From Podarcis vaucheri (taxonomy: Eukaryota), in assembly GCA_965113315.1 (NCBI GenBank), contig OZ220365.1: a stretch of DNA of 64,000 bases; one strand, written 5' to 3'. Below, in pieces: positions 1 through 13,816 of this stretch (the first letter of the stretch is position 1; each line of letters begins with the position of its first letter). The notes below the pieces were generated by a model. That model was not told where the DNA came from. It was given only the letters and a program-made list of their open reading frames with translations, and did not search any database. Both the position numbers and the translations under genes were made by a program.

Positions 1-240
1 AGAGGAGTTTGGATTTGATATCCCGCCTTTCACTCCCTTTAAGGAGTCTCAAAGCGGCTCACATTCTCCTTTCCCTTCCTCCCCCACAACAAACACTCTG
101 TGAGGTGAGTGGGGCTGAGAGACTTCAGAGAAGTGTGACTAGCCCAAGGTCACCCAGCAGCTGCATGTGGAGGAGCGGAGATGCGAACCTGGTTCCCCAG
201 ATTACGAGACTACCGCTCTTAACCACTACACCACACTGGC
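1..240 (-). mobile_element. tRNA-derived SINE, Squam2-like
   Basis: The reverse strand starts GCCAGTGTGGTGTAGTGGTTAAGAGCGG...GGTTCGCAT (A/B boxes), has a CORE-like TGACCTTGGGCTAGTCAC body and an L2-like tail. Older relatives lie near 11880-12030, 33230-33436 and 49120-49300. Confidence 0.75.
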
Positions 241-2761
241 TCTCAGTAGAGGGCAGTAGATATCTAAAAAGGTGTAGGCAACTGCAAGGCTGCCTGTTGC
301 AGAACCTCCCTCTAGCACTGTTTTTTGCAGCATTATGGATGAAAATAATTTGCAGTCAGAAACACATGGACTTCAGGTGAAGCTGTTGGTCTATACTCCT
401 GACAGTTACAACAAATGCCCTATTGAAAAACACTGACAGCTGACAATTTAACAACAAAACTCTCACAAGCATCACATAAATCAGGGGCAACAGAAGCAGG
501 AGGAAGAGGAAGAACAGCCCCTTTCACAGTTCAATTGCATCAAATGGGAAAAGAACATAACTTCCTTACCTTTGGTGTGATTATGCAACTCAGAAAGAGA
601 TGAATTTGGTACTCTAAAGCACTCTGAACACTATGTACTGCACTGCTTAGGATTCAAATTCTCTTAAGTACATTTCAGACAAAAGGAAGTTCACTTCAAT
701 TTGGCTTTGATAGCTTCTAATTTAAGACACTGAAGTTTCAGAGAAGTTTCAATGAGGCACTAAAACAGGGAGCGACAGAGTAAAGAGAAACCCCAGAGAT
801 AAAAAGAAAGGAGAAAAAGGAAATCATGCAATACTTTTAAAAAGTGTGTCCCAGGTAACAACTTAGGGCAATAAGTAGTCCTGACTCTGACATAATTGAT
901 CAACTGTGATGTCACAGAAACAACAAAACCTCACTGAAGTTGCCTTCAAGCTACTTGGGGATTGTTGCTGTTGCTGCTGCTAAATCCCACCACTGCAATG
1001 GTTAATATAGGAAAACTATGAACAGCAGCAACAGCAAGGAAAAATGTGTTTGTCTGTGTCTTGAAAGGAAGGAACAAAGATATTAAAAGGGGTGACTAAA
1101 TATGGGAATATATTTCTGCTACTTTCATCGTCTGAAGTACCACAACTCTTGGGAAAATAACCAGTTTGAATCAAACATTCAGTAGCCAGATACAGTTAAA
1201 GAAGAACTTCAGCTTCAAGCTAACCTAACCTGAACATGGTAGACTGGCCTTCTGTGACTTCACAAATCCATGAATGGGCTGTGGTTACCAAGGAAACAGT
1301 CTTTTAAGCTCTGTTATGTTCTTTGCATCGTCATACTCATTCTGGCCACTGGGAAAACATCTGGGGGGAGATGTACAGGTTCTGTGTTTAAAATATAGCA
1401 TCTCAAGCGCTGCTTCATGAGCAAGAGGGTGAAAAACCAGTAGCAGGGCTGGGAGCAATTCAGTATATTGTACAGAACATGTATGACTATGCCTGTTAAC
1501 AAAAGTCATGAATGCATGCTCAGTGGAGTGAGTTCCTGGCCTCAGGAAATGAGGTCATTCCCTTGAGGCCAAGGTGGTTTACCTGAAGAAGCTAAGAGAG
1601 GCAGAAAGGTTGGTGGATGAGGCCTTTGGAAACTTGATAGATGTGCCCTGCTCAGCTCCTCTGCTGTCACAGCAAGTGAAGGTCTCAGGAAAGCAGGGTG
1701 TCCCTTTGAGGGAAATTGTCCCTTTGAAAGGTCTCATTCCTTGGGGGACAAGAAGGTATCTTCTCATTCCTCTGCAGATGGCTTTTGGAAAAACTGTGTT
1801 GCCAGCTACACAGATGCTTGCACTCTTCACTCATTCCCCTTTGTGCTTACTGATCTAGAAGCTTTGATAATAAATCTCTTTTTTCCTTCCACAGCTTCCT
1901 TTTCTAACTTCACCAATTGGCACTGGCTCATGAATTACTAGCATTGCCTTACACACTCCAGTCTTATGATGGGAAGGCTCTTCATTAAACCACTTAAGAT
2001 TTTGATAATAAAAGGTCTGAACTCCAAATACAAAAGCAAACAGGTCCAAAAAGCTTTAAGACATACTTTAAAAGGCACAGAGCAAAGACACGAGGTGAGT
2101 AAAATTAATAGGGAATGTGGTCTGGGGGTAATCACCTGATATGAACTTCGAATAGAGTGATTAATGGATACACCAAAAGCTGAGTATTGTTGAAGAATAA
2201 TGTTGTATTTTTAAGTTGGAAAACAGATAACCAAGCTCTGTATGTTCTTTGTTAAAAATAAACGGATCATGTTCTGCCTTCTTCCACTGCCTGAATTATA
2301 AAGCCATAACATATAGAAAGATAAGAAATGACAGTTAACAGCCTGCTTAATTGCTTCTCAGCAAAGAAAGAGGTCTCTGCAGGAAACTCAGTCAAGCCCC
2401 TTGAGCCTTCCACTCAGAATCCCGTCCTTTGTGCCACATTTTCCGAAACAAATATATTATCCTTATCTGAGAGCTGAATTTCTTCTAAAAGGCAGGAACA
2501 AAAAATGATGTCTGACCAGTAGGGTGGCCTCATGAAATAGGAGGAAGGGCAGCTGTTCAGTGGGGATTCAAACCAAGACGACTGGGCTCCCTCACAGGCA
2601 AAACAGGATTCGGGCCTACATCAGATGTGGGGAAGGAAATGCAGGCTTCCCCAGTGGGAAAACTTTTTCTGCCCAAAGGCCACATTTCATTCTGGGGGAC
2701 AAGAGTTAGTGGTGGGCTGGGCAAGAGGCAAAAGTGGTCAGAAGCACTGGTGCAAATATTA

Positions 2762-3131
2762 AAGGTAAAGGTAAAGGGACCCCTGACCATTAGGTCCAGT
2801 TGTGACCGACTCTGGGGTTGCGGCGCTCATCTCGCTCAATAGGCCGAGGGAGCCGGCGTTTGTCCGCAGACATCTTCCGGGTCATGTGGCCAGCATGACT
2901 AAGCCGCTTCTGGTGAACCAGAGCAGTGCACAGAAACACCGTTTACCTTCCTGCCGGAGCGGTACCTATTTGTCTACTTGCACTTTGACATGCTTTCGAA
3001 CTGCTAGGTTGGCAGAAGCAGGGACCGAGCTATGGGAGCTCACCCCGTCACGGGGATTCAAACTCCCGACCTTCTGATTAGCAAGTCCTAGGCTCTGTGG
3101 TTTAACCCACAGCACCACCCGTGTCCCTACA
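2762..3131 (-). mobile_element. Sauria SINE (Squam1)
   Basis: GGGACACGGGTGGTGCTGTGGGTTAAACC head, (ACCTTT)n tail, TSD tgcaaatatta. Confidence 0.92.
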
Positions 3132-4035
3132 TGCAAATATTACCTTTGTACAATTGTCTCGTTTCTGTGTGCTATCCAGGCAAGCAAGAGACATTCTCAG
3201 AGTTTGATGATTTCTGGCCAGAAAAAAACACTTCAGGAGGGTGCAAAGCAGGGGGAGGTGTGTGGTCTGGGGAAAGTCCTGAGGACTAGATAGGGAGGCC
3301 TGGGAAGAGGGTGGGGTTTACAGTTGGATCCCCATCTCTGGAATAGGGTCAAAGCAGGTGGTTGTGAACAACTCGACTCAGTTTTGAATTTGTGAATGTA
3401 CGCCTGAAAAATTCTCTGGTACGTAAGGGCTCTTTCAACTCTACAAAACTAGGATTCTATGAAGTGGCAACTGAATATGAAAGCCTAAATCACTTCTAGG
3501 CATGTAATCAACAGAGATCCTTTGTCCTATGCCAGCTGCAGCGCTGTCCACCTTTCGGTCTGCACCCTCCTCTACCTCTGTGCCATTCTATATCAGCGTT
3601 ACGCAAGATCCTTTGGCAGCTTGACAAGCAAGCAATCTGGTGCCACAAACTGGCATGTGAAGCAGCTCCACATATTTACAAATGGGCCATGTTGTGTAAC
3701 ATGGCACAGCTAGAATCCGATGCAAAATATAGCCAGCGTGAAAGATGATTAGGACAGCCTGTGCTTCTGGGCTATGTGTTTAGCAAACACCTGCCTCCAT
3801 GACTCCTGCACTGGAGACATCTGGACTGGATAACTACACACAATCTATGTAGTTCTGCCTTTAAAACAGGCCTGGGGAACCTATACCCCTGGAAATGTTG
3901 CTAGACTACAGATCCTATCATCTCTGACCACTGGCCATGCTGGCTGGCTGATTGGGAGTCCAGCAACACCTGGAGGGTTCTCCATCCCTGCCATAAAAGA
4001 TGTTTTGCTGGCAGGATGATTGTAGGAGCAAGATA

Positions 4036-4545
4036 CAGTGGTACCTCTGGTTACATACTTAATTTGTTCCAGAGGTCCATTCTTAATATGAAACTGTTCT
4101 TAACCTGAAGCACCACTTTAATAAGAATAAGAATAATAAATTTTATTTATATCCCACCCTCCCCAGCCGAAGCCGGGCTCAGGGCGGCTAACAACAATCA
4201 AATAATCAAACAATCAAATAATCCAACATTCTAAAAACATTTCATTATAAAAATTAATTAAAATCAAATTAATGGCAACCGTTAAGCAAAATTCTGTGCA
4301 GGTTGCCAGAGGAGGGAGTCAGGCTGGGCCCTGACCAAAGGCCTGGTGGAACAACTCTGTCTTGCAGGCCTTGTGGAAAGCTGTCAGGTCCCCCATTTAG
4401 CTAATGGGGCCTCCCGCTGCTGCCGCGCGATTTCTGTTCTCATCCTGAAGCAAAGTTCTTAACCCGAGGTAATATTTCTGGGTTAGCGGAGTCTGTAACC
4501 TGAAGCTTATGTAACCTGAAGCGTATGTAACCCGAGGTACCACTG
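4036..4545. mobile_element. Tc1/mariner (Tigger/pogo-like) MITE family A, interrupted by an L2-type 3' fragment (4121-4395, minus)
   Basis: TIRs CAGTGGTACCTC...GAGGTACCACTG with TA TSD. The insert splits the motif cactttagctaatgggg that is intact in other copies. Confidence 0.85.
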
Positions 4546-4796
4546 TAGTCAGAACATTTCACACTTATCTTACATCAAATATGCTGGTCAGCGGTTCATT
4601 TCTGAGCTCAGTTTAAAGCGTTGGTCTTGACCTTTAGAGTCCATATAATGGCTTGAGATCAGGTTATTCAAAGGATCAGTTATACCCATGAAAACCCACC
4701 AGGGACTTAAGATGCCCTGCTTTCTGGCCCATCATTAGTTAAGATCAGATAGGCAGGTAACAGGGACAGTGGTGGTGCCATAACTGGTCTTTGAAA

Positions 4797-4940
4797 AATC
4801 ATAGAATCATAGAACTGTAGGGTTGGAAGGGACCCTGAGGATCATCTAGTCTAACCCCCTGCAATGCAGGAATATTTAGCTGTCCCATATGGGGATCAAA
4901 CCTTGGTGTTATCAGCACCATGCTCTAACCAACTGAGCTT
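4797..4940 (-). mobile_element. tRNA-Ile-derived SINE with CR1 3' tail
   Basis: The reverse strand AGCTCAGTTGGTTAGAGCATGGTGCTGATAACACCAAGGT is tRNA-Ile-like and is followed by the CR1 end ...CCCTTCCAACCCTACAGTTCTATGATTCTATGATT. A similar tail lies at 45556-45625. Confidence 0.75.
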
Positions 4941-5770
4941 TGCTGAAAAACATTGGTGGTGCCACAGCTGTGGGACTCTCCAAGGAAATCCCCACTCTCT
5001 TCCCACTTTTAGAAGAGCTCCAGAAACCTCCTTGTTTCCTCGAGGTTTCTTTTAGTGAATGGTGTATTCTTCTTGCTAGTTCTCAGATCAGATGTCTGTT
5101 GGTGTGCTTTTAATCTTCATGTGCATTTGCTGTATCATTTTACATTTATTTCATTGCTGTTGTGCTCTCTCGTGATTTTTAAAGGCAGCTTAAAATGTCT
5201 TAAATAAAGCTGGCTTAAAAATAAAATGTTCGGGCTTAGGCTGCAATCTTATACCCACTTAGCTGCGGATAACCCCACTAAACTCAATGGGACTTACTCC
5301 TGAGTAGACATGTCTAGAATTCTAGTCAGCTCTCCCTCCCTCCTAATAAAATATGTTTGGAAAAGTGTTCAGGGGGGCCTGTGTGGTATCCATGGGCACC
5401 ATGGTGCCCACTACTGCCTCCCTTGGCAGAGCCTCTCCTGCGCTGAACATGTCCTCTTAAATATGTCCATTTATTGAATACCCGCCCTTCCAACTCTTCT
5501 GAACAGAGGAAAAGTGGGAATCACTTCTCTCTGTGGGCAAGTGAAGTGGTATCTGATGTAGGTATCTTTTTCCTGTTGATGGGGGCTGATGGGGCAGGAA
5601 GCTATGCCTACACCATTTTGTGATGTCATCTATTTGTTGATTTGTGAATCACCTTCCATACATATATCCCAATGTGATTTATATCCTTAAAATTAATTAA
5701 AGTAATGTTAAAACAAGTACAAGATTATAAATTTTAAAACTGTAAAAAATAAACACCTAAGGTGGGCACA

Positions 5771-6253
5771 GAGATATCACCTTGCCAACAAAGGTCCGTA
5801 TAGTTAAAGCTATGGTTTCCCAGTAGTGATGTATGGAAGTGAGAGCTGGACCATAAAGAAGGCTGATCGCCAAAGAATTGATGCTTTTGAATTATGTTGC
5901 TGGAGGAGACTCTTGAGAGGTCCATGGACTGCAAGAAGATCAAACCAATCCATTCTGAAGGAAATCAGCCCTGAGTGCTCACTGGAAGGACAGATCCTGA
6001 AGCTAAGGCTCCAATACTTTGGCTACCTCATGAGAAGAGAAGACTCCCTGGAAAAGGCCCTGATGTTGGGAAAGATAGAGGGCACAAGGAGAAGGGGACG
6101 ACAGAGGATGAGATGGTTGGACAGTGTTCTCGAAGCTACCAGCATGAGTTTGACCAAACTGCGGGAGGCAGTGGAAGACAGGAGTGCCTGGCATGCTCTG
6201 GTCCATGGGGTCACAAAGAGTCAGACATGACTAAACGACTAAACAACAACAAC
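5771..6253 (+). mobile_element. 5'-truncated BovB (RTE-clade LINE) 3' end
   Basis: ORF 5826-6230 MYGSESWTIKKADRQRIDAFELCCWRRLL...LKLRLQYFGYLMRREDSLEK..LGKIEG is the BovB RT C-terminus; (CAA)n tail; TSD aaggtgggcaca (5759-5770, 6254-6265). Confidence 0.95.
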
Positions 6254-9200
6254 AAGGTGGGCACATTTTCATCTAGCTGGAAAGGTTTGTCAAAACAAAA
6301 ATGTCTTCAATGGTTTTCATAAAGTACTATTGGTTTTCTGCTCTTTTGTATGTGGCAGCCATTTTGCACTATGCCACACCCCCATGGCAGTCATTTTGGC
6401 TATTCCATGCCCTGGTGGCAGTCACTTTCTGAGTGGTGCCCACATGACTTTCTCAAAATTCCAGATGAAGCTACTGACCCTCAAAAGGTTGGCTAACTCC
6501 TTTGAACTCTACTTCCTTCTCTACTTTGAACTCTACTTCCTTCTCCCCCTCTACACACAGAGACCTCCAGCAATTCTTTTGATCACCTAGGTTAGCCTAT
6601 ATCGCGCTGCACTCTTAAAAAACCACACACAAAACACTTTCCCCTTGCTTAGTGCATGCTCAGATGCCAACAGAACAAATGACTGAACAGTAACTTCAAT
6701 GTTCAAAAAAAGCACAAGTGGGAGACAACTCTTCCAATATATTTCAAAACATTATTAAGTTGTTAACTTTCATTCTTATTTTCTGTCTCCCAAACTGCTA
6801 ACAGGGCTCTGGGTTGCTTTTTTCCCTGTCTTCTGAACTGAAGCAAATTTATGCAGTTTTTCTTCTTTTCAGACTATAAAGGTTGAGAACATAAAAAATA
6901 ATTGGACCATAGATACCAATCAGTCCCTGAAAGGATAACTTGCTATTAAAGAAAAAATACGTAATGCAAAATCAGAAAGAAAGAAAAAAGGAACCAGATA
7001 AAAATGTATAGTGTAAGACAATGAAACAAAAACTGAGATTTGTTTATTCAGATAATCCTTTTGGGTTTGGGTTTTAAAGGTTTTAAGCATGCTAACTGGC
7101 TGGCAGACTCTACTGAAGCAGGTTATGGGCACAACATTTTATTAAAATAAGACTGCTCATAAGCAGGGCACACGTAACACTAGGAAGAAGGGCTGAAGAC
7201 TGATGCCACATGTTTTCCCAGTTATCCTTTTCTCCAACAGCACAGATATCACAAAGCATTATAGTAATTTAAGGTTCCAGAATCCACACCACAATTTGTG
7301 TGTGTTGTGCAGCTATACAGCCACCAAGTAGGATTTGTAGGCCTGTTGCAACCTAAACTCAGCCATTGTCACAACAGGCTGCTACACTGTAGTTTAAAAA
7401 ATGGAATGCTCCTGAATCTGCATGGTGGGTCAGCATCCTGACCTAAGGTGAGTTGCAACAACAGCACTACCACTACACAAAGATATGGTTTAAAAGGTTG
7501 AGAAATGGGCTCCCAAATGCATGTTTGGATTAAAAGTGCGTCCCAGGTCAGAAAACCATTGAAGGCTATTGCTCTAGATCAGCCTTTCCTAACCTGGTGC
7601 CCTCAATGTGTTTTGGATCACAAATCCTATCATCTCTCACCAGTTACCAGGAGATGGGAAACTTCTGGAGGGCACTCGGTTGGAGACATCTCCTGGTCCA
7701 CCCAGAGCTGAAGAACTGCAGTGGTGACAAGGACAATGAGCAAGATCCTGCTCCCCCTTTGCACATTTGACTTACAGAGCTTCCAGCTGGTTGAAAGTGA
7801 GGAGGCTGAAGCTGATTACTATCTCTCAACACCGTATTGCTGGCTCTCAGTTCCTTACTCAAGAGTTGCATGAGCATCCTGAATAAGGAACTGATGTCCA
7901 TGGGCTTCTGCGCCCCAAAATAAGTCGTGGGCTACGCCATATCATACATCTCCATGACTGGCTGGGAACAAGGAAAATGAACTGAGAGCTAGTCACCTGT
8001 TTCAACCTTGGGCGAAAGGGGCTAACTGAATTCTTTTGGCTTAAATCCCCTGTATTCGGTAGTTACAACAGTTTATGGTGTCAAATTATTTTCACGGACT
8101 AATATTTCGACAGAAAGGGGTGATGGGAGGTATGTGTGCACTTTGCTCTGTTGAAGGCGTGAAAACAGTCAAATGTCTTCAAAGATAGCTTCTTGAATAA
8201 TGAAAAGGATTTGACATGCTTAAATGAAGCCACAGGGATGAAAACCACTTATCCTGAACACTCAGAGCCAATTAAATTGACACGATACAAGGGAGGAGAC
8301 TCTAATAAGCTTCTCCACAATGTTCTTCTTAGTACACAGGTCCAAAAAATGTCACCATTGGGACTATCTGGAAGGATTAAAAATGGTAGCCTGTTTTTGA
8401 CCCCTAGTAAAATTAGCAGTCGTCATTGCTATCCATAATGAGTAGTTTTATCTGGGGAAAACACATTCACTGTGTGTGTGGTAAAAGAAAGTAAAAAATA
8501 GAAATAGTCAATGTGGAGCTATACACTTGACACTTTTTGCCTAATCAGAGCCCAGCTAGACTAGAAAAGAAACACAATATACTGAAATGTGCCTATCCTT
8601 TTAAAGAGTGGGTTCAGCCTACTAAGCTATTATAATCTCGGGGTCTCTGTATTTAACCTTTTATTTGTTCTTGGTTAACAAAACAATATACACAACAAGT
8701 AAGTTTCAACATTATAACATTTAAACCAAATGACTGTACTATAGGACCAAGTGAACAGTTACACTAGCACAACAACTTTTACCTGCACAATGTAACTTCC
8801 CCACCCCTCTCCTGTGCGCCCCTTAAACCTGCTACACAGGGGTTCCCCTAACCATCTGCAGCAGATTTAAGGTGTGTGGGCCTCACACAGGGAGAGGAGA
8901 GGGCAAGGGAGTTACACTGTGCAGGTAAATATTGTTGTGCTTGTGTAAATGTTTAGTTGGATACCACTCAGTGTATATGTGCGTGTGTCAATCACGTACA
9001 AAACACACATTATTACAGCAACTCCACAATGCCTCCAATTTGTTTACCTTTTAGCATGTATTCGTAATGCAAAGGACCATGAGCATCACCAGTTTTTCTG
9101 TGAAATGAGTAGCGCTCATTACAGCTTCTTCAAATGTGACTCTGGGCTTGGAAAGGTTGGGGAGCCCTGCTTTAAATCTACACTAAGACAAGTTACGGTA

Positions 9201-9504
9201 ACAGCCTTTGTTCCACTATAGTGCTATGAAGAAGGCTGAATACTTGCTAGAAGTTCAAAGGCCCATTTAAAAGTTGGGATTCACACTGCAAAGGGACCTT
9301 GACAAGATGACAATTTTACTTATTTTTTATTGCTCTTTTTGTCCTTTGTTTTATCGCTTGGGTTTTGTTTGTTTTTTAATCCTAGATTCTGGCTTTTACC
9401 TACTATATGTTTTACATACATAATATTTTCAGTGTTTATATTTGCAAACAAGACATGTTGCATAATCTGTCTTTGACCTGGCCATTACAGAAGATAGGCT
9501 AGAG

Positions 9505-9654
9505 CAGAGCTTTCTACACTTTTCATGTTGGTGACACACCTTTTAGACATGCAGCATTTTGCAACACAGTAATTCAGTTTTACGAGCAAACCGTAGGTTA
9601 AACTAACCCCTTTCCAGCCACCTGCTGCCAACACACTAACCTTGTAAAGCTCTG
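9505..9654. mobile_element. hAT (Charlie-like) MITE
   Basis: CAGAGCTTT...AAAGCTCTG; perfect 8-bp TSD ggctagag. Confidence 0.85.
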
Positions 9655-12123
9655 GGCTAGAGTATGTGTAAAGTCAGCATATGTAGAAGTCGAAAGTACA
9701 AAACATGATTTACATAGGCCCATCAAGTCTGAATTGTGTATGTTTATCTAAAATTCTGCCATAAATAGGAAAGGATATTAAAAAAATGATCTTGTTCCCT
9801 TCTGATGAAAGCCAAAGGAAGTAGCTCCAGGATGAGGGCTTTTGAGAAGCCACCATTGGCACCTCTTCACAACAAAGGCTTCCATGTCCCATGCAAATGA
9901 GGATTTTCCCAATTCTTCAAAAGAGGCATTCCAGGGGATGAATAATCTACACAGGGCTTTGTAAATTAGGAAAGCCGCTCGCACCTTGTTGAAATGTCCT
10001 GCACAGAATGCTGACAATAAGGAGTCTTTAAAAGGGTGGATGGCTTTAGCAATCAGAACACTGTCTGCCAGTCCAAACTGCCTACATGAAATTCACCCTA
10101 GTCAAAAAGGTAGCAATTAATAACTGAACAAATTTCATTTCCATAACTATCTTTAATACAGCATATTTACAATCCCATCTGTCACAATTATAAACTGGTA
10201 AAAGAGCACAGTTTAGGGACAGATGCTTCTGTGAATAAATAAAAAGTTATTTAGCAGGGGAAACAAGGTGGGGTTTACTCCCTGCGGACACATTAACAAC
10301 CTAATCATCACCACAGTATAAAACAGAGAATTTATGGCCTAGCCTCTGTTTCCATATTAACCACAGGGACATGTTAGAAACCCTCCATCACTTTCTGAAC
10401 TCAGCTTTTGGAAAGCCATCACTAGAACTAAAGTGAGATGGGCCAGTCCTAATATTCGGCAGAATGAGAGGCTGCCTCAGGTGGTAGATGCTGGGGAGCA
10501 GAGAAGAGGGGGGCAAGAATGAGTACTGCCCTTGTTGAACACAAGGAGCAAATTGGAACACCCAACCACTGCCCATGACCACACACCCAATGAGCCAATG
10601 AGATTCTGTATCACACTGAGGTATCTCTCCTCTTGTCGATCAGGCAGAGCTATCACTAGCCGGAAGCTGACCCAGGAGTTCTGGAAACTGTGGTGTAAAT
10701 TGGAGGCTTACAACCAAAGGTCTGGTTTGCCTTCTTTCCTTCGGGGTTCTGTAGCTTCCTAATATTAAAATGGCATATTAACAGTATGCAGGAGTCATAC
10801 AAAAAGGTGGGAGAGAAAGGATAATGCAAACTGACCCTCAATGTGGCTGGCTGGACGATTAAACCAGAGCGGTCCTAGTTCACATGGGAGGGTTATGGGT
10901 GCAGTGTAGGGAAGAAGAGCTGTTTCCTGCTACTTCAGCAGTGCCTCCTGTGAAATATAGGAACCAGAGCTCCTTGCCTTTCTGTGAAAACTATGCAGCT
11001 GCATCTCTCTACTAATGTGAAAAACAGCCACCACAAAAACATGTTTCTCTCTCACCTCCACCCCACCTCCTGACCACTCAACAAAATAGAAAAGACTAGT
11101 GTGTTTTCCAACATTAACAGCCTAGGGATAGGAAAGGAGGTGATTGAAAGAAATTGCATTACAGAGGCAGGTAAATTATATTAGTCAGAGCAGGCTACCC
11201 AGCAAGAAACACTTTAGGCAGTGATAAACATCAAGGCATATTAAATTGTCCTTTAAAAAACCAGGTCATTTGTAATTGTTAAAACAAACAAAGAAAAGGA
11301 GTGCAGAGCTTTTAATTGCTTTTGCCACAGATGCCAAGCAAACCCATCTTATCAGGCTTATCTTTAAGAGAGGTAATTAGTTTCCAGCACATGTACCTGT
11401 GTAAGCAACATCGTGACACTGTCTCCTCCCCCCCCCAAAAAAATTAATATGCCCTTGTTTTAATAAAGACCATCTGCACAATGGTAGATGCATCAAAAAT
11501 TACAGATCCCCAGACAAGCCCTGCTCAGGCAGAATGCTAAATTTAATTAAACTTTCCGTATCAGTTGAGATTTATTTTTGTAAGGCAGAATGGCTCGCTG
11601 CTGCTGCTGCTACGTATCCCACACAGTTACACATCGCTAGTTGTTCCTTTTTCTCCCTTTTCTTTAATAAAAGTTCTCTATCTGGAAACATTTTCATTTC
11701 CTCTTCCTCACATGGTTTGGGCATAAAATATTAAAGGAAACAGATGAACAGATTCCTGTTTCCCAAAGTGAAAGGGGTCAAATTAAGTAGGCATTTGCAT
11801 GGTGAGAAGCTGCATAAAATATTCACAAGTTTCTAGTATGTTTGGAGGGTGGGTTCACATGACCCCATTTTTTATTTACTTAGTTATTTATTACATTTAT
11901 ACCCCATCTTTCCTCCAAGGAGCTCAAGGTGGCCACATGGTTCTCTCCCTCCCCGTTTAATCCTCACAACAATGCTGTGGTAGGTCAGGTTGTGAGAGAC
12001 TGCAACCAGCCAAAGGTCACCCAATAAGTTTTCCCATGCAACAACAGCTTCACCGTGTGCATATTTGCATATTTTCAGGTCCTGGCAGCTGTGGCATCCT
12101 TCAAAACAAGGTCTGATCAGCTC

Positions 12124-12468
12124 CAGTGGTGCCCCGCAAGACGAATGCCTCGCAAGACGGAAAACTCGCTAGACGAAAGAGTTTTCCGTTTTTGGAGGTG
12201 CTTCGCAAAACGAATTTCCTATGGGCTTGCTTCCCAAGACGACAATGTCTTGCGAGTTCCTGCTGGTTTTTTTCCTCCCCCCCCTTTTTCTAAGCCGCTA
12301 AGCCGCTTATCAGCTGATCCGATCAGCAGATAAGCCGCTAAAAGCCACTAAAAGCCGCTAATAGCGCTAATCCTCTAATCCGTCAATGGGCTTGCTTCGC
12401 AAGACGAAAAAACCGCTAGACGAAGAGAATCACAGAACGGATTCTTTTTGTCTTGCGAGGCACCACTG
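12124..12468. mobile_element. Tigger-like MITE family B
   Basis: TIRs CAGTGGTGCCCCGCAAGAC / GTCTTGCGAGGCACCACTG; internal AAGCCGCTA repeats. Confidence 0.85.
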
Positions 12469-13104
12469 TACTCGCTTTCAGTGCAAAAACTACTGCAGAG
12501 CTGTCATGACTGTGGAAGCCCAGCAGTGAACAATAAGAGGAGGCTGCAATGCCACCAGCTGAACAACCAGATCAGGTTCTTGGCTGTGAGCCGGATGTTG
12601 CTGACCAGGGAAAGTAGGAAGCTGCTGGGACTGATCCTAGAATTCCATGGTCCATAGAGCCAGACCAGAGACTCCTACAGGATCCTTCCTGTGGGCCTTA
12701 ACTAGCTCACCAGTCTAAATGTCACAGACTAGGTGGAAGGCCACTGACAACAGCAGAAGTGTGAATCTTCAGGCCAGGCAACTGGCCCTTAAAGAATCTG
12801 TAGCTCTCCAACAAAGGGGGCGGATGCAGTGCCCTCCAAAAGTTGCTAACTACAACTCCCAGCAACTCCAATGGTGAGGGAGAATGGGAGCTGAACTCTG
12901 ACAACACACTGGAGGGCACCATGTTGGCTACCCCTGGGGTAGAGCACAGGAGCGGTGGACTGAAGAAAAACCCATGTTGGAGCAAGTTGCTCAACAGGAG
13001 CTCTCTGTGGTGCTGTGACAACCAAACTGCCTCATCCTGCAGGCAGAGAACCAGAACGGGATAGCTACAAGGCAGGGGACCAGAACAGCAGCAACAAAGG
13101 CACA

Positions 13105-13474
13105 TGTTATGTACTGAGTTGAATAGGATCCAAACTGCAGCAGTCTGATTGGTCCTAGAACAATAGGATCCAAAATGCAGCAGTCTAATTGGTCCTAGAA
13201 CAATAGGATTCAGAATGCAGCAGTCTGATTGGTCCTAGAACAATGCAGCAGTATGATTGGTTAGCAGGAACCACCCAATCCTGCTCCAGATAAAAGTGAA
13301 TCCACAACCTGATTGGCTTACAGTAGAATTCCGGAATTAGCCAATCACGTGCAGCCCATTGTGTAAATAATGTATATAAAGCAGATACTGTGAGGGGACT
13401 TTCATTCATTCCTCCTCACCACTATGAGCTGAATAAAGAGCATGAAATCACTTTGCGACTCTGAGTATATTTCA
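13105..13474 (+). mobile_element. Solo LTR (370 bp) with 40-bp tandem enhancer repeats
   Basis: TG...CA termini, perfect 5-bp TSD gcaca, three and a half 40-bp repeats from 13122, TATATAAA 13373-13380, AATAAA 13432-13437. Confidence 0.9.
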
Positions 13475-13816
13475 GCACACCACACACCCTTTGCACTGGA
13501 GTCGCTGCCAATACAGAACCTGAGCAATTGTGTACCAATATTCCAACCGTAAAGGCTGAGAAATGTTATGCCTTGCAGTGGGACCTGTTTAAGCTCTCTC
13601 TGTTCTGACTTTACAGTCACCTGCACAAACAAGCTCTCTTGTAGGATAATCCAGCAAGAGGGTTGCACTCAACCACCATGGAGCATCGTAAGAGAAAGAA
13701 ATAAAAGCAGAAAAGATCAACAACGCAATACAAAGGTTGATTTGGTGTGGAAAATAACTCTAATAAGTTCAGTGCGTTTCAACTTCTTGTTGCAAATGTC
13801 TGAACGAATCCCTATA

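Noticed and set aside
13122-13260. CRISPR-like repeat array
   Set aside because: Contiguous 40-bp tandem units with no unique spacers, inside a eukaryotic LTR.
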